Shown here piece after piece: positions 12,636 through 20,994 of a DNA stretch of 64,000 nt. The notes under the pieces are model-generated. The model saw nothing but the letters and a program-made list of their open reading frames with translations. It had not been told where the DNA came from and made no database searches. Source of the DNA: an uncultured delta proteobacterium (GTDB taxonomy: Bacteria > Desulfobacterota > Syntrophia > Syntrophales > UBA2192); contig CAVPJD010000014.1 of NCBI GenBank assembly GCA_963705165.1, forward strand, positions 35,573 to 99,572, in the 5' to 3' direction. The position numbers and the translations under genes were made by a program. The first letter of the stretch is position 1. The number at the start of each line of letters is the position of its first letter.

Positions 12636-13523
12636 TTATTTCTGTCCAAACTCCCCCGTGTCGATCCATTCCGCTTTCACGAGCGACCACCAGTCCAGAG
12701 CCAGTTCCTTCAGCACGTACTCATAGGGGATCCAGCCGTAGCCTTTCTCACCCCATTTGACACCCCAGGAGTTGCGGATGAGGATGGCCCCCGTCGTCTC
12801 CGTGCCCCCGGGGCTTGCGTTGCGGATCTTCAGCTTGTCGTCGTAGCCGACGGCCATCACGGCGTGACCGCCCAGGAGCTTGTCTCCCTTTGCCGGGTAG
12901 GGGATCTTCCCGGTCTTTCCCGCCTGGTCGATGGAGCTGTACACGCTGAATCCGAACATGGAGGGCAGTCCCTCCACGAGCTTTGTCTTGATCTGGGTGA
13001 GCAGCTCCGCGCGAGAGATGCCGGGCGGGTCAAGGCGGTAGTACTGGATGGCCTGGTAGTTCTGGGCGAAGGCGTAGCAGAAGGCCGGTGGCTCCTTGTC
13101 GAAGTCCTCGGCATTGTAAGGCCAGTACTCCTCGGGCGGCACGCCGAACAGGACCAGGGCTCCCATGGCCGTTCTCAGAAACGCACCTGTGTCCCCCGTC
13201 CAGTGCAGGAGGTTGCGGGTCACCTTGTAGAGGAAGAGCCGCGAGGCGTCGACGTGTTTCCCAGAGGCCCGCATCTCGAAGTACTCCACCATCCCGACCC
13301 CGGCCTGGGCCGTGCAGGAGCCGATCTTCCCCTGGTCCTCCACGGGCGAGCACCAGGTGCGCAGATCGCAGTTCGCCGGCAGTTTGGATTTCTTTTTCCC
13401 GTCACCGGCGGCCCGCATCTTTTTCATCAGAGGCAGAATGGTTTTCGTGTGCGCCGTGTAGTCCCGGAAGTCGGGATAGTCGGGCAGCCAGCCCATGGAG
13501 GGCCTTTCGAATACGTCGGACAT
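12636..13523 (-). CDS. Papain-family (C1) cysteine peptidase
   Basis: GWLPDYPDFRD start, DQGKIGSCTA, GGHAV, IRNSWG catalytic motifs; AGGAGG RBS before 13523. Confidence 0.92.
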   Translation of the reverse strand: MSDVFERPSMGWLPDYPDFRDYTAHTKTILPLMKKMRAAGDGKKKSKLPANCDLRTWCSPVEDQGKIGSCTAQAGVGMVEYFEMRASGKHVDASRLFLYKVTRNLLHWTGDTGAFLRTAMGALVLFGVPPEEYWPYNAEDFDKEPPAFCYAFAQNYQAIQYYRLDPPGISRAELLTQIKTKLVEGLPSMFGFSVYSSIDQAGKTGKIPYPAKGDKLLGGHAVMAVGYDDKLKIRNASPGGTETTGAILIRNSWGVKWGEKGYGWIPYEYVLKELALDWWSLVKAEWIDTGEFGQK

Positions 13524-13639
13524 GGTGTTCCTCCTTTCAAAATAGGCATCAGGCATGAGGCATTGGGCGTCAGGTCCAATCGAAAGAGATGCCGTTCTCT
13601 TTCCTGGTGCCTGAAGCCTATTGCCTGGAGCCTGTGTTT

Positions 13640-14167
13640 TCACCACCCGTAAGGCCGACCCCAGGGTCGCCAGGGATAGGGCGGGCCCCAGTACCACGGA
13701 TCGTAATAGTACGGCGGATATGGAACCGGCTGCTCCCACAGCTTCAATTCTTTTGCCTGGACGACAGGATAGGTGTACTGGATCTCGCCGATGGGCTGGG
13801 TCTCCCTGCCGGCGATCTCGCCGCCCACGGTGACCTGCCGTCCCTTCTTGAAGATGTCGGGATCGAGGAACCGCTCAACCCGGATGATGAACCGGCCCTC
13901 TGAGCGGTCTAGGTCCGTCGGCCGCTGCTGGATATCCAGGGCCGTCTGCATGACCTTGATGGCCGTCGACTCTTTCAGGTTCGTCGTTTCGATAATGACG
14001 CCGCCCCAGATGACGACCATTCCGCTGAACTTGTCGGGGTTTTTCTGGATCTCCGCAAAGGGGGCGCTCTCGTCGGCCTGCCGGCGGATGTCCTGCGACA
14101 TGGGCGCGCAGGCCGCAAGGGCTGCAAGGAGGAAAAAGAAAATGACCCTGGTGCCGCTTTTCACCAT
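13640..14167 (-). CDS. Slp-family outer membrane lipoprotein
   Basis: LAAC lipobox, VIWGGVII, GRF...FLDP..F.KGR.VTVGG, Pro/Tyr/Trp-rich tail. Confidence 0.88.
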   Translation of the reverse strand: MVKSGTRVIFFFLLAALAACAPMSQDIRRQADESAPFAEIQKNPDKFSGMVVIWGGVIIETTNLKESTAIKVMQTALDIQQRPTDLDRSEGRFIIRVERFLDPDIFKKGRQVTVGGEIAGRETQPIGEIQYTYPVVQAKELKLWEQPVPYPPYYYDPWYWGPPYPWRPWGRPYGW

Positions 14168-14670
14168 CGACCTGTACCCACACCGATGCCGAATTGAAAT
14201 GCCGGACCCGGCCCGTAGGCGGGGTAATAATTCTCTGTCTTCCAGAGATAGCTCTCCCGCTCGAGCAATACGGGTAACGTGTACGTCCTGTCATTCAGCA
14301 TGATCACCCGGCCGCCCTCGACCACCCCCGCCACCGTGATCTTGCGCCCTTTCTCATAAACGAGGGGATCGGCAAACCGTTTGTAGATCACCATGAATCG
14401 GCCCTGGGAGAAAGCCATGTTGTCGGGCCGTTGCTGCGCCCCCAGGGGAAGCTGAAGGACCTGAACCCAGGTTTCACTTTCTTTCACGACGGTCTCGACG
14501 ATCTGCCCGCCGAGGATGACGACGGTTCCCCGGTACCGGTCAGGCTGCTTCTGAAGATCCGTGAAGGTCACCTTGTCGTCGGCCTCCTGCACGACACGGG
14601 TCGACAGAACCGAGGTGCACCCGGAAAGGACGAAGGCGAAGATGACTGCAAGGGCGATCCTTTTCGGCAT
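14161..14670 (-). CDS. Slp-family outer membrane lipoprotein (paralog)
   Basis: LSGC lipobox, VILGGQIV, GRF...FADP..Y.KGRKITVAG. Confidence 0.88.
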   Translation of the reverse strand: MPKRIALAVIFAFVLSGCTSVLSTRVVQEADDKVTFTDLQKQPDRYRGTVVILGGQIVETVVKESETWVQVLQLPLGAQQRPDNMAFSQGRFMVIYKRFADPLVYEKGRKITVAGVVEGGRVIMLNDRTYTLPVLLERESYLWKTENYYPAYGPGPAFQFGIGVGTGRW

Positions 14671-14812
14671 GAAGAGACCTCCGGCAGAACGGAGAACGAA
14701 CTGGAGCGGATGCATTATTCTATGACATCCCCCACGCATGAGCAAACATAAAATTGCTGTCCCATTTGCCCTCGATGGTATAAAGCAGTGTTAAGTTTTA
14801 AGTGATCAAGTG

Positions 14813-14937
14813 TTATTACACCGGCAACAAAATACCGCAATAGCGTCATTCCCGCGAAGGCGGGAATCCACCAATGACTGGATACCGGATCAAGTCCGGT
14901 ATGACATAGTTGCGATGTTTAATTGCCGCAGTAATAA
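14813..14937. repeat. MITE-like palindromic element with an internal ATTCCC-N8-GGGAAT hairpin
   Basis: Terminal IR TTATTACACCGGCAA / TTGCCGCAGTAATAA (13/15); core GTCATTCCCGCGAAGGCGGGAATCCA...CTGGATACCGGATCAAGTCCGGTATGAC. Confidence 0.75.
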
Positions 14938-14960
14938 GTGACATGGAAGGAGAAATCTTA

Positions 14961-15200
14961 ATGGACAAGAAATTCGTCGTCATGATCGCACTCGTCGCCC
15001 TATTCATCCTGACGCTTCTCTACTGGACGCGGTTCCAGGTCATCGACGTCCACGCCATGAACGGCGTGGGGTTCTACAAAATCAACCGGCTGACGGGCGA
15101 GACTGTCCTGGTGAGCGGCCTCGACCAGATCCGGATCATGCCCGTGAAGGACCTGGAGCAGCCTCAGTTGCAATTTCCCGCGCCCGGGAAGGGACAGTAA
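14961..15200 (+). CDS. Small membrane-anchored hypothetical protein (79 aa)
   Basis: AAGGAG RBS, N-terminal TM, YKINRLTGET motif. Confidence 0.7.
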   Translation: MDKKFVVMIALVALFILTLLYWTRFQVIDVHAMNGVGFYKINRLTGETVLVSGLDQIRIMPVKDLEQPQLQFPAPGKGQ

Positions 15201-15465
15201 AGCGCCGCTTCGCGGCAGTGACCAGTGACTAGTGACCAGTGAAAACAAAAGAAATCTTATTCCATTCACGAGCCACTAACCACAAGCCACATCATATTGC
15301 TCCTCGGTCCTCACCCGGTCCGGGTGCGTCGAAAAAAACCTTGAGTCATAAGGCAGATGGGTGTATTTTGTGAAATAAGTTACACACAATCAAGGATTGC
15401 CGGCCACCGGAACCGATGGAAGAGATCCGGACGCCTGCAACCGGGAAACGCAAACCTGAACACCC

Positions 15466-16401
15466 ATGAGGGTAAAGCATCTCATCATCCCGGTCCTCCT
15501 GCTTTTTGCGGCCGCCGAGATCTCCCACGCACAGACCGACTACCCCTACGCGCCGGCAGCCAAAGACCCCTCGAAGAAAATGACCGTGATCGGCCGCATG
15601 CAGGTCCACACGGTCAAGACGGGGGAAACGCTCCTTGACATCGCGAGGAATTACGGGCTGGGTATTTCGGAAATGCAGGCATTCCACCCCGGGAAGGACC
15701 CCTGGCTGCTCGAGGAGGGAAGCGAGCTGCAGGTCCCCTCGCTCTGGATCGTCCCCGAGACGAAACAGCGGGCCATTGTGATCAACGTACCGGAAATGCG
15801 CCTCTACCGGTTTCACGCAAAGAAGGGAACCGTCAGCACGTATCCCGTCACCGTCGGTGAAGAGGAGACGCAGACGCCGATTGGCACCTTCCGAGTCGTC
15901 GACAGGGAGGTCGACCCGGAATGGAACATCCCGGCCAAGCTGCAGCACAAGTACAAGACGAAGATCATCCCCGCGGGGGACGACAACCCGATCGGAAAAT
16001 ACTGGCTGGGGCTTTCCGCCCGCGGATACGGCATCCACGGCACGGACAACGCCTGGAGCGTGGGCCGTGTCCTCAGCAACGGGTGCATCCGCCTCTATCC
16101 CGAGGACATGGAGAAGCTCTTTCGCGACGTGCCGGTGGGAACGGTTGTGGAAATCGTTTACGAGTCGGTGAAGTTCGGGTACCGCGAAGGGATCATCTTC
16201 GTGGAGGTGCATGAAGATCCCTACGGCTTCATCGAGGATGCCGAGCAACTCGCGCGCTCCGTCGCAAAGAGCCGGGGCATCGAGGAATACGTGGATTGGG
16301 AAAAGGTCGACGAGGCTATCGAATGGAAAAACGGGGTACCCATCCCGGTGGGAACCCTGCCGAAGGGAGGTGACGGGAAAAGACCATCGAGTCGTCGGTG
16401 A
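15466..16401 (+). CDS. LysM-containing L,D-transpeptidase (ErfK/YbiS/YcfS type)
   Basis: Signal peptide, HTVKTGETLLDIARNY LysM, IVINVPEMRLY, YGIHGT..SNGCIRL. Confidence 0.93.
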   Translation: MRVKHLIIPVLLLFAAAEISHAQTDYPYAPAAKDPSKKMTVIGRMQVHTVKTGETLLDIARNYGLGISEMQAFHPGKDPWLLEEGSELQVPSLWIVPETKQRAIVINVPEMRLYRFHAKKGTVSTYPVTVGEEETQTPIGTFRVVDREVDPEWNIPAKLQHKYKTKIIPAGDDNPIGKYWLGLSARGYGIHGTDNAWSVGRVLSNGCIRLYPEDMEKLFRDVPVGTVVEIVYESVKFGYREGIIFVEVHEDPYGFIEDAEQLARSVAKSRGIEEYVDWEKVDEAIEWKNGVPIPVGTLPKGGDGKRPSSRR

Positions 16402-16447
16402 AAAGGTTGAAAGCCTTTAGAAACTTTAATTAAAGGAGGTAAATGGG

Positions 16448-16792
16448 ATGAAGTCACGGTTTATTATTCTCACGGTGCTGATCTTCGTTGCGGCCCTCTT
16501 CACGGGTTGCGCGACAACGGGCGACCTGGAGAAGCTGCAGATGCAGGTCAAGGATCTCTCGGCAAAAGTGGACCAGGCCACGATGAAGTCCGACCAGGCC
16601 GCCAGGGATGCCGCAGCGGCCAAGGCATCGGCCGCGGCCAGCCAGGCGGAGTGCGCCAAGGCAGCCGGGGCATGCAATGAGGCGGCGGCGAAGGCCGAGA
16701 GGTCGGCGGCTCAGGCTGCCGCTTCGGCGAAACTTGCCGAGGACAACGCAAAGAAGTCAGAAGCGATCTTCATGAAATCCATGAAGAAGTAG
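16448..16792 (+). CDS. Lpp/OprI-like alanine-zipper lipoprotein
   Basis: FTGC lipobox, Ala-rich coiled coil, C-terminal IFMKSMKK; AAAGGAGGT RBS. Confidence 0.85.
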   Translation: MKSRFIILTVLIFVAALFTGCATTGDLEKLQMQVKDLSAKVDQATMKSDQAARDAAAAKASAAASQAECAKAAGACNEAAAKAERSAAQAAASAKLAEDNAKKSEAIFMKSMKK

Positions 16793-16834
16793 AACCGCGG
16801 CCCGCGGGCGTCGATGCCCTAGGGCCACAGACGG

Positions 16835-16874
16835 AAAAGGCGGCGCCGGTTATCTGCCGGCACCGCCTTTTTTT
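16835..16874. terminator. Intrinsic terminator, probably bidirectional
   Basis: AAAAGGCGGCGCCGG-loop-CCGGCACCGCCTTTTTTT between convergent genes. Confidence 0.8.
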
Positions 16875-16910
16875 CTTTCTCACCTTCTTACCCTCTCACC
16901 TTCTTCCCCT

Positions 16911-17456
16911 TCACGGCCTGATCTCAACGGGCGTCCACACCGGCACGAGCACCCAGACCTCCTCGATCTCGCGGTTTGTCAGGGCGATGCAGCCGTTGGT
17001 CCAATCGAAGAGGTACTGGACGTCGCCCATCCAGAGTTTATCCTCTTTCATGCCGTGAATCATGATGCTGTTGCCCGGCGTCACCCCCAGTGATCTGGCC
17101 CGTTCGATGTCGTCCTGGTTCGGATAATTTAGGTGCAGCGCCCTGTGGTAGACGCTGTTGTGGACCTTGTAATCAACATAATAGATCCCTTCGGGTGTCT
17201 TTTGGTCCCCTTTCTGGATCTTGGGGCCGATGGGATTTCGGCCCAGGGCGACCTTGTATGTCCTTACCTCCCGGTCCTGCTTCATGAGCGTCATCGTGCG
17301 TTTCGACTTCTCGATGACGATGCGGTCCACCACCGCGTCCGTTACCGGGGACAGCTCCGTAGCTTTTGCGGGACCGGAAAAGACAAACAGGAATGCCAAG
17401 GCGGCAAGAAGGGCCGGCAAGATTCTGTGCAGGAAATGCAGAGGGCGAACATTCAT
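16911..17456 (-). CDS. YkuD-family protein, YafK/LdtF(DpaA)-like
   Basis: IVIEKSKRTM, GDQKTPEGIY, LNYPN, IMIHG, DWTNGCIAL. Confidence 0.85.
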   Translation of the reverse strand: MNVRPLHFLHRILPALLAALAFLFVFSGPAKATELSPVTDAVVDRIVIEKSKRTMTLMKQDREVRTYKVALGRNPIGPKIQKGDQKTPEGIYYVDYKVHNSVYHRALHLNYPNQDDIERARSLGVTPGNSIMIHGMKEDKLWMGDVQYLFDWTNGCIALTNREIEEVWVLVPVWTPVEIRP

Positions 17457-17499
17457 CTTCGATCCAACGCGTCATGGATTAGCACTTTGCTCCACAAAT

Positions 17500-17515
17500 T
17501 GCAAGATGCCTGCCA
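17500..17515 (-). promoter_or_regulatory. Sigma-54 (-24/-12) promoter
   Basis: TGGCAGGCATCTTGCA matches TGGCAC-N5-TTGC, ~45 nt upstream of the YafK-like gene. Confidence 0.7.
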
Positions 17516-17690
17516 CGCATTTTACCTCCTCGTCTTTTCCCTGTTTCCATTCTTCCCCGCCCCGATCGGGTGAGGAAATCGGCACTTGAAACTCAGCGGG
17601 TTCCCATCTAGCATAAATGTCTGACTATGCGCCCCGCCATATTTGGAGGGGTCATGCAGAGACCACAGGAATCAAAAGGAATGTTTCCCG

Positions 17691-19346
17691 ATGGAACGAA
17701 AAAAGAGAATCCTCGTCTTCGGCCACCGCAATCCCGACACGGACTCCATCGTCTCGGCCATCGCCTACGCGGAGCTCAAGCAGGCTCTGGGGGTTGCAAA
17801 CTGTCTCGCCGCCCGCTGCGGCAATGTGAACCTCCAGACGGAGTACATCCTGGAGCGCTTCGGCGTGCCCGCCCCCGAGTTCGTGGCCGAGCTCATCCCG
17901 AAGGTGAAATACTACATGAGCCGCGGGGCCACGACGGTGCCCCGCGACATGCCGCTGTGGCAGGCACTCGAGATCCTCAACAAGGGAAACTTCAAGATGA
18001 TCCCCATCGTGGACGACGGCGGGTATCTGCTCTCGATTTTGCACTTCAACGCCTTCGCCCAGAACATGCTCCGGAAGATCGACCCCAACCGAAAGGGCGT
18101 ATTCCCCACGTCCGTCTCCCTCCTGGTGAAGACCCTGGGTGCCCAGCCCGTCACCGAATTCGACAGCGACACGGTCTTCCAGGCCCAGATCGCCGTTGCG
18201 GCCCACGATGTCGAAGCCTTCCGGGAGCACATCGACGCCATGCCCCCGGCCAACACGATCGTGCTGGTCGGCAACCGCGAAGACGTGCAGGCCTGCGTGA
18301 TCGAGCGGAAGGTGCGGGTCCTGATCGTCACGGGCGGCAGGGCCATCAGCCGGGAGCTGAAGAAAAAAGCCGGGGAGAATGGTGTTTCCGTGCTGATTTC
18401 GCCCTACGACACGTCCACCACGTCGTGGCTTGCCCTTTACTCTTCGCCGGTGGAGCACACGGGCGACGGGAAACTCAAGCCGCTCAGGGAAAGCGACTAC
18501 ATCGGCGCCGTCCGGGAACGGATACTGTCATCCGTCTCCCGGTCGCTCCCCGTCGTCGACGCGGAAAGGCGCGTCATCGGCGTGCTCTCCCAGAGCGATC
18601 TGATGCGCGAGCCCGACATCGAGATCATCCTGGTGGACCACAACGAGATCTCCCAGGCCGTCGACGGTGCGGAGAACTACCGCATCCTCGAGATAATCGA
18701 CCACCACCGCCTGGGAAACGTGCACACGAACTACCCCGTCACCTTCATCAATAAGCCCGTGGGGTCCACCTCCACGATCATCGCGACCCTGTACCAGGAC
18801 AACCGGGTGCCCATGAGAAAGGAGATTGCCTCGATCCTGCTTGCGGGAATCCTCTCGGACACCCTCATCCTGCGCTCGGCGACGACGACGGAGGCGGACC
18901 GCCACATGGCCGAGTACCTCTCCACCATCACGGATCTGCCCATCGAAGGATTCGGCAAAGATATCATGGGGGCGGCCTCGCTGGTGGCCCGCAGGCCCGT
19001 CGGCGAGATCCTCGCGCTCGACATGAAACACTTCGGGGAGGGGAAAAACGCCTTCACTGTGAGCCAGGTGGAGGTGACGTCGCTGACGGAAATCATGGAC
19101 CGCCGCGACGAGATCCTGGAAGGCCTGGAGCGCCAGCAGGCCAGGACGGGGAGCCTGTTCACGGCACTCATGGTGACGGACATCACGGAACTCGACAGCG
19201 CCCTGTTTGTGAAGGGGGATCCGGTATTTATCAGCCGCATCCGCTACCCGAAGCTCGACGAGAACGTCTTCATGCTGAAGGGGATCCTGTCGCGCAAGAA
19301 GCAGCTCGTTCCCTGCCTGACGGACATGATCCGGAAGGGTCAATGA
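17691..19346 (+). CDS. ppaC: Family II Mn-dependent inorganic pyrophosphatase with CBS and DRTGG insert
   Basis: GHRNPDTDS, LVDHNE, IIDHH, PVGSTSTI, ILSDTL, SRKKQ; central CBS/DRTGG region. Confidence 0.93.
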   Translation: MERKKRILVFGHRNPDTDSIVSAIAYAELKQALGVANCLAARCGNVNLQTEYILERFGVPAPEFVAELIPKVKYYMSRGATTVPRDMPLWQALEILNKGNFKMIPIVDDGGYLLSILHFNAFAQNMLRKIDPNRKGVFPTSVSLLVKTLGAQPVTEFDSDTVFQAQIAVAAHDVEAFREHIDAMPPANTIVLVGNREDVQACVIERKVRVLIVTGGRAISRELKKKAGENGVSVLISPYDTSTTSWLALYSSPVEHTGDGKLKPLRESDYIGAVRERILSSVSRSLPVVDAERRVIGVLSQSDLMREPDIEIILVDHNEISQAVDGAENYRILEIIDHHRLGNVHTNYPVTFINKPVGSTSTIIATLYQDNRVPMRKEIASILLAGILSDTLILRSATTTEADRHMAEYLSTITDLPIEGFGKDIMGAASLVARRPVGEILALDMKHFGEGKNAFTVSQVEVTSLTEIMDRRDEILEGLERQQARTGSLFTALMVTDITELDSALFVKGDPVFISRIRYPKLDENVFMLKGILSRKKQLVPCLTDMIRKGQ

Positions 19347-19418
19347 ACCACTCTGCGTCTCCGCCAGGGAGCCGTCAATGGATACTGCTGAAGGGACGAG
19401 TTCGGGAAGGACAGGTTG

Positions 19419-19721
19419 CTAATCCATCGTAATCTTTCGAAGGGTCTCCGTAGAAGGGGGGTCGGTGGCGGCAATCAGGATTTCATTCTCCGCCTCGATG
19501 ACATGGAGTTCGCCCCGCTGGGCCAGGGCCTTTATGATCCGATAGACACTCTCCTCATCCCCTGCCGCCAGCAGATCCTTGAAAGGCGCCGCAGCGGACG
19601 GTGACAGGAATACAAGGGCTCGATTCTCGAAGTGATGGCTTACGCGCGACGAAACTGCGCAGATGGAGTAGAAAAGGATTGCAGCAATGACGACGATGGA
19701 TAACAGGCCGATCACCAGCAT
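19419..19721 (-). CDS. Small hypothetical protein with N-terminal TM helix
   Basis: 100-aa ORF, hydrophobic N-terminus; fills the intergenic gap. Confidence 0.5.
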   Translation of the reverse strand: MLVIGLLSIVVIAAILFYSICAVSSRVSHHFENRALVFLSPSAAAPFKDLLAAGDEESVYRIIKALAQRGELHVIEAENEILIAATDPPSTETLRKITMD

Positions 19722-19895
19722 CCGTATTTACCCACCAATACGATGACGGGATACGTTTACGCGTATCGAACGTAGAATAATGTATGACCCTCCCCAAAAG
19801 ACGGTGCACTTGTTGCATTTGTTGCATCCAAAGTCAAGCCTTTTCATACGACAAAAGTATTAGATCAAGAAACACACCCTGCCGGGTGCACGCAT

Positions 19896-19923
19896 AAAAA
19901 AAGCAGGGATCGCGGACCCCTGC
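19896..19923 (-). terminator. Intrinsic terminator of the microprotein gene 19975-20100
   Basis: GCAGGG...CCCTGC hairpin with T7 tract on the minus strand. Confidence 0.7.
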
Positions 19924-19974
19924 CTGCTCGTGGACCCCTGCCTGTCTACTTAACCCAATCAACCAATCAACGAA

Positions 19975-20100
19975 TCACTTCTTATCACCGGGGATGTTCA
20001 TGGGCCCGCACATGGGGTCCACCCACTGCCTGCCGTTGAGCAGTTCGCGAGTGATCAGTTCCCGCTTGCGATCTCTTCTGCTGATCTCTTTCCTTCGCAT
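19975..20100 (-). CDS. 41-aa basic microprotein with WxDPMCGP motif (copy 1)
   Basis: AAAGGAG RBS; MRRKEISRRDRKRELITRELLNGRQWVDPMCGPMNIPGDKK; own promoter and terminator; paralog at 23805. Confidence 0.8.
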   Translation of the reverse strand: MRRKEISRRDRKRELITRELLNGRQWVDPMCGPMNIPGDKK

Positions 20101-20146
20101 GGTTTGACTCCTTTATCGTCAGGATAGCTTCCCTGCTTTCGAGGTC

Positions 20147-20260
20147 AATCTACGCTCCGGAGAGCTATTCCACAATCGGTGCTGCTCTGAATATCTCCTC
20201 AGACATCGAGACACGGGGCTGTCAGACGGGGCGCGAAGGAAGCATCAGAGGGGGTCTGAT
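20147..20260 (-). promoter_or_regulatory. Operator array (TCAGAS half-sites) plus -10 TAGATT
   Basis: ATCAGAG-GGG-GTCTGAT at 20244-20260; half-sites at 20245, 20222, 20199 (23-bp period); inverted site 20185-20190; -10 32 nt further. Confidence 0.75.
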
Positions 20261-20270
20261 GGGAAGGCAA

Positions 20271-20348
20271 CGGGGACGTTGTTGAAAAAGTTGACTTACT
20301 CAAGAACTGGAGATGAGAAGTTAGTCAACTTTGTCAACAACGTCCCCG
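20271..20348. repeat. Long inverted repeat (26-bp arms, one mismatch) just downstream of the response regulator
   Basis: CGGGGACGTTGTTGAAAAAGTTGACT ... AGTCAACTTTGTCAACAACGTCCCCG. Confidence 0.8.
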
Positions 20349-20358
20349 ATCTTTTTCG

Positions 20359-20994
20359 TCAGCCCAGCAGTTTGTTCTGGATGGCGTACATGGTGATCTC
20401 GGCGTTGGTGGAAAACTGCATCTTCTCCAGGATGTGCCGCCGGTAGGTGCTGATCGTCTTCACGCTCAGGCACAGTTCCTCGGCGGCCTGGGTCACCGTC
20501 TTTCCCGAGGCGATGAGAAGCATGACCTGGTACTCCCGGTCCGAGAGCTTCTCGTGGGGGGCTTTGTCCACATCGCCGAGGAAGTAGGTGAGTTTCTCGG
20601 CCAGGGCCTCGGTGACGTAGCGGCCCCCCTGGGAGACCTTGCGGATGGCCGAGATGAGCTCCTTGGGCGTGCTCGCCTTGGTGAGATAGCCCGAGGCGCC
20701 GTCCCGAAAGGCCCGCACCGCGTACTGCTCCTCGGGGTAGATGCTCAAAATCATGACGGGCAGGTGCGGCTTCTGGCTCTTGAGCTCCTTGAGGATCTCG
20801 AGCCCGCTGCGGCCCGGCATGGAGATGTCCAGCAGGATGAGATCGAAGTCCTTCTTCTGGATCAGATCCAGGACCTCCTGACCATTGCCCGCCTCGCCGG
20901 TCACATCCATGTCGGGCTGGCTCATGAGGATCTTCTTGTAGCCCTCCCGGACGATGGGGTGATCATCGGCGATCAGGATTCGAATCTTTTTCAT
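20359..20994 (-). CDS. NarL/UvrY-family response regulator (REC + LuxR HTH)
   Basis: ADDHPIVREG, LLDISMPG, GYLTKAS, LSDREYQV..LSVKTISTYR. Confidence 0.95.
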   Translation of the reverse strand: MKKIRILIADDHPIVREGYKKILMSQPDMDVTGEAGNGQEVLDLIQKKDFDLILLDISMPGRSGLEILKELKSQKPHLPVMILSIYPEEQYAVRAFRDGASGYLTKASTPKELISAIRKVSQGGRYVTEALAEKLTYFLGDVDKAPHEKLSDREYQVMLLIASGKTVTQAAEELCLSVKTISTYRRHILEKMQFSTNAEITMYAIQNKLLG

